64,000 nt of DNA, taken from Torpedo marmorata (Eukaryota). Below, in pieces: positions 24,501-36,921 of the stretch; within the stretch, counting starts at the first letter, position 1; every line of letters starts with the position of its first letter. Made by a program: the position numbers and the translations under genes. The stretch is from positions 85,870,001-85,934,000 of the forward strand of contig OZ360227.1 of NCBI GenBank assembly GCA_977017645.1, given 5' to 3'. The notes under the pieces are model-generated. The model made no database searches and was not told the origin of the DNA. It saw nothing but the letters and a program-made list of their open reading frames with translations.

Positions 24501-26158
24501 GCCAGCTGGAGCTTCTCTGGAGGAAGGCGTCTTGCCCTTGCGTGGAGCGGCGGGCCCTGGGTCAGGATGTGGTGCTGTACTCCATGTCGGGGCATCACCG
24601 TGGTGAATTGGGGGGTGAGAACTGCAGGGAACTCGGCCAGGACCATGGCGTACTTGTTGTCCGATCTCTGTACGGAGTCCAGGTGGAGTGCTGGGAGCCT
24701 GGCATCTTTGAGGGGGATGGTTTGAAAAGTCTTGGCGTGGACCAATCTTCTTCCCTTGAGGTCCACTAGCAGGCTGTGGGCGCGCAGGAAGTCTGCCCAG
24801 AGGAGCGGCTGTTCCACTGCGGCCAGCGTGAACACCCACGAGAAGGGGCTGCCTCCCAACAGCAGTTGGGCCTTGTGGGTACCGTTGGTCCGAATCGTGC
24901 TGTTGTTGGCAGCCCTTAGCGTGGGGTCCGACTGCCTGTTCCTGGTGCCCTGTCCCGACGGGGGCAGGACGCTGACCTCTGCTCGTGTGTCCACGAGGAA
25001 GCTTCGTCGGGACTGATGGTCCCAAATGTATAGGAGGCTGTCTTGGTGGCCAGCCGTCGTGGCCATTAGCGACGGCTGGCCCTGGTGTTTTGCTGAAACG
25101 TGCATGGCGGCCTGCACCGTTGGGCTCCGGCGCCCCTTCCCTGGTGGTAGAAACACCACTGGTTGCCTGGATCACCTCCTCTGGGGCGCTGCTGTTCTCT
25201 CGACGGTTCTGCACGCGTCTGGCTGCGGGGTTTAGTGACGAGCCCCACGAACGCCGATCACTCTCTTGTCTGTTTCCACAGAATGTCTGCTTGTGCTGCG
25301 ATTTTCCAGGGTCGCTGAAAACCGCGTCAGCCAGGAGCAGTTGGATGTTCTTGGGCAGTTGCTCCAGGAATGCCTGCTCGAACATGATGCAGGGTTTGTG
25401 TTTGCCCAGGAGGGCCAGCATCTCGTTCATGAGGGCTGACGGGGGCCTGTCCCCTAGCCCGTCCAGGTGGAGCAGGGGTCTCGATCAGCAAGTCCTTGAA
25501 GGCGGTGTACGCGCCTTCCGATGGGGGCTCCTGGATGAAGTTGGCCACGCGGCCTGCTGTATCCTGGTCCAGGGCGCTCACCACGTGGTAGTACGGGGTG
25601 GATTCTGCTGTGATCTGCCAGATCTGGAACCGTGGCTCAGCCTGGTCAAACCATACGCGTGGTTGATTCGTCCAGAAGGTCGGCAGCTTGAGAGCGAACG
25701 CGTTGACTATTGCCTGTTCGCTCATTGCTGAGTTTAGATGCCGTCTAAACCGTCGGGGTCACCAATTGTAGCCACGTGCTACTCGAAAGAAGACACGCAC
25801 GTAGTGTAGTGAGGTTAAGCTCTGAGTTTTTAATTAGGGCTCAGGCCTGACTTTTATATTTGCACTGTTCCCGCCGTGGCCTCCTTTTGCTGATGTCACA
25901 ACATGCATAACAATAGCGGGTTTCCTGTGCGCGGGTACTTTCCTGCATAACAATACCCTTCTTCCCCGCGCGCTGTCCCTGACTGTTGGCTGCGCAGCAA
26001 GGCCAGCGCCATTTTGGGGTCACTGGCCTTTAAGCTGCCCTTGCCGTTCACCCGCTGGTTCGCTTGTTGGGGCCAGTGCCGCTGCGCGGGCTGCTGGCCT
26101 TTGGTTGCACTTGCCGCCCAGAGCGCCGGCTCGATTGCCGCGGCGGCGGGCCGCCACA
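21597..26158 (-). mobile_element. Near full-length Ty3/gypsy retrotransposon, CsRn1-like, two LTRs, frameshifted gag-pol
   Basis: LTRs 21597-21981 and 25767-26158 (TG..CA). Gag LKLPTFWTNQPRVWF; protease FLVDT; RT YLDD; RNase H; integrase HVDIVGPLP/TSDRG/ERFHR. PPT next to 21982. Imperfect TSD GCTT/GCCT. Confidence 0.92.
25751..25764 (-). other. Primer-binding site complementary to tRNA-Trp
   Basis: TGGTGACCCCGACG 2 nt after the 5' LTR, as in the known tRNA-Trp PBS. Confidence 0.85.
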
Positions 26159-26235
26159 GCCTTATAAATATCTTCAGATCTCCATAACATCTCCTTAACT
26201 CTTTGGACCCTCAGGCCAGTATTAATTTATAAATA

Positions 26236-27195
26236 CAGAGATACCTTGTACAACACGGTTTTGAGCAGCGCGGATTTTGATATAACGCGGTTTATAATTT
26301 TAATATAGTAATAACCAAAAATTTAAAAATGTTATTAATATTGCGTTACCAACGGTGGTGCAGTAATTTAACGTGTCAGCAACAATGCTCACTGCTCGGC
26401 TGCATTCGTTCAACTTCATTATAGCTTAACTTGTTTTAGTATCGCTCTAGACTCTGAGCAGAAGGCCGTGGCTGCTCTAATATTTTAATTGTGTTGTATA
26501 AAAGTGCACCCTTACAAACAATATGAGTGGAAAAAGGAAATGCGGTGAAGGTGATACATGTAATAAACGTAAATGGCTAACATTGGAAAAGAAACTGAAA
26601 ATTATTAAGCAACATGAAGATGGTGCATCATTTGCTAAAATAGCACGAGACAAAGGCATGAATGAATCGTCTGTTCGAACTCTAATCAAGAATAAAGATA
26701 AAATTAAAGAACATGGAATGGCAACAGCATCTTATATGACTAAAGTGATTGTTAGACATAGAAGTTCTGCAATGGAAAATATGGAATGCCTTTTAATGAT
26801 CTGGATTGAAGATTGCAACCAGAAAAGAATTCCATTAAGTCAAATGACAATTCAAGCTGAAGCAACAAGCCTCTATTGGACATTAAAAGAAAATGAAGAA
26901 AATGGAAATGAAGGGGAAACTTTTTCAGCAACTTCAAAAAACACATGGGGCTCCACAATGTTCGAATTACTGGTGAATCTGCGAGTGCTGATAGTGATGC
27001 AGCTGCGAGTGCTGATAGTGCTGAACTAAAATATTTATGCACATGTTTGCATAAGAGTTCTAGGTAAAAGAATAAATAATTATAGGATTGGAACGTATTA
27101 CATTAAAGTACATTGTAATAATGCTTTGAACAGTGCGGTTTTCCATAACTGAACTTTTTTGGAACGTATTAACTGTGTTATACAAAGTATCCCTG
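26236..27195 (+). mobile_element. Internally deleted Tigger element retaining the HTH DNA-binding region (ORF 26523-27029)
   Basis: CAGAGATACCTTGTACAACAC / GTGTTATACAAAGTATCCCTG TIRs. RKWLTLEKKLKII, LMIWIEDCNQKRIPLS. No DDE domain. Confidence 0.8.
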
Positions 27196-27837
27196 TGTTG
27201 ATCTTTAACAGCACAGTAATTTCACATTTTTGTTTGGTTATCGCACTGATTCCTTTTATTTGTCCTGAACTGTATTGCTATGTTCCGAAGTACCATGGAT
27301 GTCAAAGGCTGCTGTATTTATTTTATTTGGTCATCTTGTGCAATGTGACTGGTTAGTAACTCAGTTGTGACTTAAATGATTGTTTTAACCTTGACACAAA
27401 CTTTACTTGACATTGGTTTAACTTTTTTTCATCGACTCAGCTTTGTATGATTTAGTTACAGTGCTCGATGCGATCGTAGTTTCAAAAATTAACTTTAAGC
27501 TTGATATTTTATCCAGATAATTTAAACTACTTCATTAAAAAGACAACAAATTTGAAATGATTTTGAATACTTGTTAGCTTTCCTGTTTAATAAAATATGT
27601 TGTTAAATGTGTTGAACAAATATTTTGATTTTAATCTGAGCCAGTCACATAGTTTGCACATAGGAATGAGAAATTGTTTTGAGAACTTTGTAAATGAAAA
27701 CGATAAAGATGGTTTTATGCCATGTTTGGATGCAATATTGTGTGGACTGAGGACAATGAGCAGTAATTGAAAATTTAAAAAACTGCAGATCCTAAAAAAT
27801 TGAAATTAGAAATAGTGCTGGGAATACTCAGCAGGAC

Positions 27838-29050
27838 ATTTTCACGCGTATAATGCCCGCACGTGTATAACGCGCACAATCATAAATTGTAAAAATTTCC
27901 ATATAGCGCACACGCATATACCGCGCGGGTGTAGTATTCCAAATTCTGACTGACAAAAGCAATTTGCATTTAATTGCGACATGAGACAAAACACATTCCA
28001 TAGTCCCAGTATCTGCCACAGTTAATCTCCCGCTATTTACACCCATTCAACTTCCTCAATCGCCCATTATGTAGATGATATCCTCCTGCAACACGTTAAC
28101 AAGCTTTGGAGAGGAATCAATTAAATAGATCGAAGACAGGCTTCAGAGTTAAGCAGGATTTAATTCTGTCATGATTTTAAAAAACCTTTAAAAGAAACCA
28201 TATCTTGTTTAAAATTGTGTGTAATTGACAAATTTATGGTTTGATTTGATGTAATGAGGATGATTAAACTGATGCCATAGGGCAGAATCATCCTAATGTG
28301 GTCTCAGATCAGAGGCACTTGATATGTTAATCTCCTCCCTCAGGGGACGGGTCTAGGCAATTAACATTGATAAGGTGCAGTGCCCCAGCCAGAATATCCT
28401 GTTTCTCAGAATACCATGGCACTCAGGCCAAAGAGATATTCCCAAGATCAAAATTTTGAATTTTGCCATTTTGTATGTACCCAATTCCCACGCTCGCTAT
28501 AAATTGTACGCGTTCTTTCATTGCTGCTATTGCATTCCCACGCTCGCTATAAATTGCCGGTGCGACTTTCCCACGCCTGCTATAAATTGAGCGCGTTCTT
28601 TTATTGCCGCTATTACATTCCTACGCTAGGTATAAATTAAGCGTGTTCTTTCATTGCCGCTATTGCATTCCCACGCTCGCTATAAATTGCCGGTGCGACT
28701 TTCCCATGACTGCTATAAATTGTGCTCGTTCTTGGGACATGAGACAAAACACATTCTTGTCTCATTTACCTGGTACTTGGGACATGAGACAAAACGCATT
28801 CCATAGTCCCACTATCTGCCACAGTTAATATCCTGCGATTTACACCCATTCAACTCACCCATTATATAGATGATATCCTCCTGCAACACATTAACAAGCT
28901 TTGGAGAGGAATCAATTAAATAGATCGAAGACAGTCTTTAGAGTTAAGCAGGATTTTAATTCTGTCATGATTTAAATTGTGTGTGTTGTTTCAACATGTA
29001 AAAATATTCTCGTATAGCGCGCACACATATAACGCGCGGGGGGTACCTGG
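27838..29050. mobile_element. Rearranged pogo-like MITE remnant with internal ~200-bp duplication and minisatellite
   Basis: 27978-28180 is duplicated at 28776-28975. TTCCCACGCTCGCTATAAATTG repeats at 28484-28720. CGCGTATAA terminal-type motifs. Confidence 0.5.
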
Positions 29051-29374
29051 TTTGTAAAAAACACATATGAAGAGAAAAATAGAGAGCATTCTTGATGACC
29101 TTTTATCAGAAATAGAAAAGTGAGATAACAGGAGTATTGTATGTTGGAGAGAATGGAAAAACCTGTGATTGGTGGAGATCAAGGTTGTTCAGGTCACAAA
29201 CAGCTTACGATGCTGTTTTGTTTGTAAATGAATGAGGGAGAAAATAACGTGAAACTGCATTTGACAGGAAATTTGAATTAAGAGTGTGAAATATCCAGCA
29301 GATCAGGCAGCCTCTTCGGAGAGAGAAAAATGTTAAATGATATTTCATTAGAACTGGCCAGCTCAGTGGTGTGG

Positions 29375-30420
29375 GGGGGGGGGTTGCGGCGCTAGAGAGC
29401 AGCTGATGGAGTAAGTCACAACCGACAGAGCTCCTGCGAATTGTATTAATAAAGTATAGTATTATTTAACAGCAATCCAGGCACTGTCCTACCATTCCAT
29501 TGTAGTTGGCAGCACTTTGAAGTAACAGGGGTGGATTTTTAAGTGTTGAAATGCCTAACAGGAAGGCTAAAAGTAGAGACAGTATGCAGCAGCGCCAGAG
29601 TCCTACCCCGCAGACTGAAGCTTGGCCTCACCTGATCCTGTCTTCCCGGGCAGTTCACTTTCAGAATAGGTAACTGACTTTGAGCGGCTAAAGCTAGCAG
29701 TGCTGACTGAACTTCGTAAAGAGATTGTAGAGACCATTAAAACGGAAATAAGAATACATATTGGAGAAGAATGGCTGCCCTTAAGGTGCAGCTACAGACT
29801 AAAAATGCAATTCGTGGCCAAAAAAGTATTCACAGACACCAAACTGAGAGAAATTAAAGACACTGTTGGGGTGATAGAACGTTCAATGTCGGGGTGTACT
29901 GATGACCTCTGCTCAATGCAAAAGAAAATTGAAACTTTCACTGCCGATATGATAAAGCTGGAAAACACATGTGAGGATTTGGAAGTGAGGTTCCGGAGAA
30001 ATAACATCAGGATAGTGGGGTTTCCCGAAGGAACCCGACAGCATGAGTAAAAACGCAGTGTCAGCTTTATTAAGAGGCCTTCGGACTGGATAAAGAGCCA
30101 CTGGTGGACTGAAAACACTGCACATTACAGCCAAAACCAGGGCCAGGGGAGTGCCCATGGGCCATAGTGGCCAGACTTCATTATTCCAGTGATTGCGCTA
30201 CGCTGTGCCAGAGAACGCTGTGAGGTAAACCTGAAGGGGATGTCTATCTCCGTCTTCCCCGATCTTACTGTGAAAGTAGCCCGAGCCCGGGCAGCATTCA
30301 ACGACGTCAGACAGGGACTGTGTACCCTGCAGGGGATCCGATACGGGTTAATCTACCCAGCCTGACTCGGATCACTTACCGGAACGAGGTGAAGGATTTC
30401 CTCTTGGCTGAAGAAGCGAG
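29375..30420 (+). mobile_element. Degenerate L1 5' region / ORF1
   Basis: Coiled-coil followed by DLEVRFRRNNIRIVGFPEG. Confidence 0.75.
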
Positions 30421-31306
30421 AGTATGTGTCAAGTCGGTGAAGAACTGGCCAGCTCTGACATAAATGGATTGTCTGAAACTGTTGAATGAAGGCTGGGGCT
30501 GCAGTATTCCTGAACAGAAGATGAGGTGCTCTTCCTTGAACTTGTTGGAGTAGGCTAGGAGGCCAAAGTCAGAATGGGATGCAACTTCAAAGTGACAGGC
30601 AACTGGAAGCTCATGCTCTGTCATGGTGCTTGAAGAGAGGATTCCACAAAGCCATCATCCAATCCAGTGTGTCGTGGAGACCCAATTGGAGGAAATGCAA
30701 GAGATTTGCTGTATCCTTTGGAGTGTTTGGGTCCTGGATGGTGAGATGGCATGGGGTAAGACTAGTGTTGCATGGAAAATGCCATAAAGAAGGATTGGTT
30801 GATGGAGACGGCAGAGCACACCAGAGGTTGCAGAGGGAAAGCTCCATTCAGATTGTTAAAAGGGGAGGGTAAGATGTATCTTGTTGAAGATGGTGGGAGG
30901 TGATCCATCAAATGTTTAATGATCAGTGGATGATTTAGTGCATTCAAACCTCTGTCACTGCAGCTCTGGAATTATTCAGCAGATGTTTAAGAACTGCTGT
31001 TGGTTAGTTTCCTTCATTACATCCCATTTTTCTTTTTTTTTTTTTTTAGAAAACCGTTTCACCTCCTTACTATCTCTTGTGATTATGAATTTTTCCATTA
31101 GTGCACCTCCACTTCAGTGCACTAAAGAGCTAGTTACTTAATTTTTGGAATGATCTACCAACCTTTTTCTTGTATTTTGATGGAGAAAAACACGTATCTG
31201 AATATTGAATTTGCTGAAGAAGCTGCTATAGAGGAATCAAAGGGCGAAGGATTGTGAGACCCCTGATCAGCTATCTTTTTTCTAGTGATTCCTTACAAGG
31301 GAATTA

Positions 31307-32177
31307 CTGTATATTTCGGCATATAAGTTGACTCGCGGATAAGTCGACCCCCCTTTTTCAGCCTCATTTTAATGGTTTTATTGTATATCCGGCATATAAG
31401 TTGACCCCCAATTTTTGGGCTGTCCGGGCCTCCCAGCAACAACCCAAAATTTGTTACAACACCCCAATCGCCAAATAACAAACCTGTAAATTAAGCAAGT
31501 AAGTAAAAAAAAAAAAACAAAAAAACAGTTATATATAAAAAAAAACAAAAAAAACCTTTGCTTCTGACCGGGAAGATGCCAAACGGAACTGGGTCCAAGT
31601 CTTCAGCTTCGGCTGCAGCCAGAGTCGGCAACGGGCGACTCCATTCTCCTGCCCAAGTGTGCTCAGTGCAGGAACCACGGCTACGTGTCGGCTCCTGGAC
31701 AGGAGTGGCGACCTCGTTCTCCTCAGCAGAAGCGGCGACCTCGGCTTACGTGGCAGGAGCGATGACCTCGTTCTCCCGGCAGGAGCGGGAACGGACTTGG
31801 ACTACGTGGCAGGAACAGGATCCTCACCCTTCCGGCCAGCAGCCTCGGCTTACCGGGCAGGAGCGGCGACCTCAGGCTCCTGGGTAGGAGCGGGGACCTC
31901 GGGCTCTACAATTGTAGAATGTCTGGGTGGTTTATGGCAGCGCCCGGCAGTGGAGAGGTGTCGGGGAGCGGTGGCACCGGCGGTGGGGAGGTGCTTCCAG
32001 GGTCGACCTATATGCCAAATCGGTTTTTCATGGGTTGACTTATACGCCGAATCGGTGTGGAGTGGTTTTTGAGCTGATTTTAAGGTCTCAAAAGTATATC
32101 TGGCGTATAAGTCGACCCCCGTTTTTTGAGAGATTTTTGAGGGTTTCAAGACTCGACTTATACGCCGAAATATATGG
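31307..32177 (+). mobile_element. Non-autonomous derivative of the Passer element (871 bp)
   Basis: TA flanks. Both ends (~100-130 bp) match the ends of 11209-13423 in opposite orientation. Interior is unrelated GC-rich repeats. Confidence 0.9.
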
Positions 32178-33098
32178 TAAGTGGATTATGGTCGTTGTTT
32201 CTTTCCAAATGAAAATGTGCATCTCACATACCAAATTATCTTTGTAGATGTTGATTAAGCAAGATATTTGTATAGTGAAAGCCATTAAATATGCCTGACT
32301 CTGTACATATTTGATGGTGAGTTTGAGAGTTTTTCTCTTCCCCCCCCCCCCTCCCCAACCCCATCCCACCAAAAAGTATATTGTATAAAAGCCAACTTTG
32401 TTACTCAGCTGCGTCTGCTAACCTAACGTGGCCTGCAGAATTGAGCTATGGATCTTCCAGATCTTCAGTGCCACACTATTTGGAAGATTTAAGATTTTTA
32501 TCTCTCATTGGTTGCATTTAACTTCCCCAGTACTGCAGCTTTATTCCTCTAACTTTGTGCACTCCAACCAAACTGTTCACAAAGGAATTATTTTATGCTG
32601 CTTCCTGGATACATTTTTAAGCGTAGAAGTTAACTGCCAAGCTATTTATGTCTCGTTATTGTGCCTGATTGATATTGAAGAAGTGGTGAACAAGATTCCA
32701 CAATTCCTCCACCTAGGAAACCTATTTATGGAAAAATGTACAAAGAAAAGATGATTTGGGGTTAGGCAAAAATAAAGCGTTGAAGTTGGTCTGATCAGCC
32801 ATGATTTTATTGAAAAGCAGAGCAAGCTTCAGAGTCCAAGTGGTCCATTTCTAGTCCTAATTCATGTGTTTGTATGTAAAATGATTTTTTCATATAAAGT
32901 GAATGGTGAAAGTTAAGAATTTGAGTTTTAATTAACCCAGAATAAAGTGGGGTAAAAGGATGTGCAGAAAGAAGGTGGTATTGAATGAAATCAAATTTAA
33001 TTTTATTTTTTCCATTCTAATTGTATGCTAATTTCAAACTGCTTAAACACCAGAATACACATTATCATGCTTAATAACTGCAAAGTTTCTAATCGTAG

Positions 33099-33245
33099 GC
33101 ATTTGGCTTCTTGTGGCATCCTAATGAGCAGAATTCCTTTACTCAAGACATCAAGACATTGCCTTACACAACAACGAAATTTCTTCAACTTTGCTGGTCC
33201 CCTAATAAACAAGAAGAAGGAGTATTCTGAGAGACGAGTAATGGG
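33099..33245 (+). CDS. COQ10B: COQ10B exon 2
   Basis: ag|G CAT TTG GCT ([12 protein letters not shown]...APLINK-like...[10 protein letters not shown]), donor GG|gtgggt. Confidence 0.92.
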
Positions 33246-33334
33246 GTGGGTCATTTAAATGTTACCTAAATTTTTATTTTGTATTTGCCAGATTTGATGT
33301 GAAACCTAAATTGAATTTGTACTTTTCTTTTTAG

Positions 33335-33527
33335 GTTTTCCATGCTGGAAATGTACAATGTTGTCTCTGGTGTTGCTGACTACAAGCATTTTGTACCATG
33401 GTGCAAGAAATCAGATGTCATATCTAAACGGTCAGGGTATGCTAAAGCTCAGTTAGAAGTAGGATTTCCTCCAATAGTTGAACGATACACTTCGGTTGTG
33501 ACTCTGGTACGACCACATTTAGTTAAG
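33335..33527 (+). CDS. COQ10B: COQ10B exon 3
   Basis: [26 protein letters not shown]...LVRPHLVK. Pyrimidine tract + ag; donor gtaaag. Confidence 0.96.
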
Positions 33528-35672
33528 GTAAAGTTCCTTTTTGAAATCTATTTTTTAAATTTAATTTAGAAATACAGCACAGTAACGGCCTTCTGGCCCA
33601 TGAGCCAATGCTACCGAATTGCATATGTGACGAATTAATCTAACTCCGTATGTCTTTGGAACATGGGAGCACCTGGAGGAAGCCCAGACATAAACAGGGA
33701 AAATGTACAATCTTCTTACAGATAGTACTGGACTTGAACCTGGCTCACTGGTGCTATTACAGCATAGAGCTAACAATGCCGTCAACCATAAAGATAATTT
33801 AATTGTTTATTTTTATAATGAGGTGAAGAATTGAGATTTTTTTTTGTTAATGTGTTTCACTGACCTATCTTCTCCTTGTTCCTGTTTCTCTCTGAAATTA
33901 TTGTCAACTTATTGAGATGGGTACAGTTCAGGTTCTGCTAGCTCGCCAAGTCGTGTTCTTGTGAACCTTGGTAGTGAGATTTCAGAATGCAAAGTGACCC
34001 TCCCTAATATAGCATCTAAAATTACGTGGCTCTGTTGGATGTGGGGCAGGATGTCTGAGTTATCTTGCTTTACCCTAAAATCATTTCCTTTCCCAGTGGT
34101 AATGGAGCCAATTTTAATATCTTTCGGTGTCCTAGCTCACTTAAGCACAGACAGTGATCACATTAGGAACGTCACAGATTCATATCATTTTGCTGCCCAG
34201 TGGATAAAGCCACTGAGTAGTCATGACATTTTACAATGACTTTTTTTATTTTGTATAAAACGTTCTGTAAACTGTAATTAGCAAAAAAATCTTAATGTGT
34301 GATGTGATCCAATAGTTTAAGTTCATGTTCCCTAATTAGCAAAACAAATTCATCCTCTTTTTATTTTTTTCTAATTTCAGTAAAATAAAAGTATATTGGG
34401 GAGGGTTAAATATAGTGATCAGAAAACCTCAGAGTAAAGTACTGTCTGGAGTTAAAAAAAATCACGAGGTTAGTTTTCTATTCCTTTCCTCCTGAGTTTT
34501 GTAAGAATGTATTTTGATTATTCCCTTGTGACAATTTTTTCCCCAATCTGATAGTAAGTGTTTGCTTATGATTCAGGAAAAGTACATTCTGGTACATTCC
34601 ACACCATCCTTGGCCATGGCAAAAGCCATTGAATTGGGATCGGAAAAAACGTAATTTCCCTCTAATGCGAAATTGGGGTCTGTATTACCACTCCTGGTCC
34701 TGTTTAAAACCAGCTAATTCAGTGTAGTCAAGAATTCAAACACCCTGCCTATTTGTTTCAGCTTTTCACTCCCATAGCTGAGTAATTGGAGGAATGTAAT
34801 TTATTTATGTTTGTCTGGTTTTTGTCATGTTCCCCCTTTCAAATTGCTAAGTATTTGAACTTAAGATTGTTTTCTGTGTGTTGTAGCTGGGAAAAAAAAT
34901 TTCCACCTTTTTTAAATTTTCCATCACCTTTTTATCTGACGACAGAAATGACTTGTGCTCTGTTCCTAGGTTTTTGCCAATCCTACTCATAAAATAGCTG
35001 CCAGGTGGAGATCAAGAGATGATTAACGTGACTTGTTTAAGCTCTGAGCAGGAACCAGCATCAGATTTGGCACTGATCTTGGCACAGCCAGAACTTTGTC
35101 TTGTGGGGAAGTCCCTACTATGAATTCTATCCTGTCATTTAAATTGTCACTTTTTTTTAACTTCCATAATCCTTGCATCCCTGTATTTTAGTTGTTGGGT
35201 AGTAAGTAATGGGGACATAACTGCTTTTTTGCAGGATATCCATATCCCACTTTTTTTAAAGTGACTTCCGCATGCTTAACTTGCAATTGGAACTAGAATG
35301 AATGGAAAAGAAAATGGATTGCAACTACAGGGTGCAGTGGTGTGGTTGTTATGGCATTGGCCTAGCAGCCAAGAAATTGCATTAAATTCCAACAATAGCA
35401 AGTTATGAAATCTAAGTTTCAAGGGCTGGGTCTTCTAACCCACACTGTCATCAGCCTATAGCACTTTGAGTCTTGAACACCAGTACTCTATGGTCAATTC
35501 TTAATTATTTTGTGATGTGGGCATCAGTGTTTTAAATGTAATCCTGTCATAAACTGTTTTTGTTTTGGGGAAAACAGTATGATGTGCTGACTTTTTAAGT
35601 GGAAATGGTTGAACAAATAAAATGAAATATTTGCTTTTTCATGCAATTTACATTCTTGCTGAAACATTATAG

Positions 35673-35774
35673 GCCTCTTGTACAGATGGGAAACTATTTA
35701 ATCATTTGGAGACAAATTGGCGATTTAGCCCTGGAGTTCCTGGATATCCGAGGACCTGCACTGTGGATTTTTCG
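35673..35774 (+). CDS. COQ10B: COQ10B exon 4
   Basis: [34 protein letters not shown], ag/gt boundaries, frame continuous. Confidence 0.96.
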
Positions 35775-36161
35775 GTAGGCAATGTGAGACTTGTTGGTGT
35801 GTTTTAAATTTAGATTGACGTTAATTTTAGACAACTAAAGTAGCTATCAGTTCCTTTTTGAAGCCAAGAGCATTATAACTATTGAACTCAGCCAGTGTAT
35901 TAGCTTCTTGGGTGCCCCATACTATCCTGATTCCAATAGAAGATTTGTTTTTTCTGGATTGTCACCTTTTGATATTTGTCAGTTATACACACAGAAACCG
36001 GCCCTTCGGCTCAACTCTTGCATGCAGATCAGGTTTGCTGATTGAGTTAATTCCATTTGTTTGCGCTTGACCCATATCTCCTCAAACCTTTTCTATTCAC
36101 ATTCCTGCCCAAATGTATTTTAAATGTAAATTTATCTGCCTCAAGCAGCTCATTTCATATA

Positions 36162-36921
36162 CCGTATTTGATGGCATATAAGACCCCCCTTTTTTTCCCC
36201 AAAAAAATCACCTCAAAAACCACTCTGGGACTTATACGCGAAGGTGACATTTTGGTGCTGCCATTTTGGGCACCGAGTGGAGTCCAGGAAGCGGGCCCGC
36301 AGCTTCGAACCACCTTCCCTTGGGTGGCCCGTGCTTTCTGGAGTCGCCGCCGCTCACTTCCCCCGGTAAGAAGGTTCGCTCTCTCCCTCCCGCCCGCTCG
36401 CTCTCACCAACAGTGCTTTGAGGGGAGCGCTGGGCCTCGGTGATCAGGCTTTGTTCGAGCACGGACCCTCAAGCAAATTGAATGAGGCGCGGGGGCGGGT
36501 GGCAGTGAGCGAGCGGCCTGTCAAGCTCAGCTCAACAGGCCGCTCGCTCACTGCCACCCGCCCCTGCGCCTCATTCAATCTGATCGGGGGGCCGTGCATG
36601 TCGAACAAAGGCTTATTGTGGAGCCTGATCACCGAGGCCCAGCGCTCCCCTCAAAGCAAGCGATCGATTGTCTGCTCCCCGTGACGGTGGGCCTGGGCCC
36701 TGCCTGTTGTCCTGGCTTCTCTCCCTCGCGAGCCCGCGGGTCCCGGCAAGCCTGTCAATCAATTAGCGTTTGGACGGTGGGGGGGAAGCAGCCTGAGCCT
36801 TGGCGGGCAAGAGGACGTGTTGCTGCTGTGAAGGTAAATACACAAAAACAAATTTTTCCTGAAATCTCAAGCTAAAAATGGGGGGGGGTGGGGGGCGGGT
36901 CCTATATGCCGTCAAATACAG
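36162..36921. mobile_element. pogo-type MITE with long internal palindrome
   Basis: TA|CCGTATTTGATGGCATATAAGACC ... GGTCCTATATGCCGTCAAATACAG|TA. Hairpin at 36414-36658. Confidence 0.85.

Noticed and set aside
33025-33098. In-frame ATG upstream of COQ10B exon 2 as the start codon
   Set aside because: Similarity to COQ10B begins right at the AG acceptor (33097-33098). The upstream part looks intronic.
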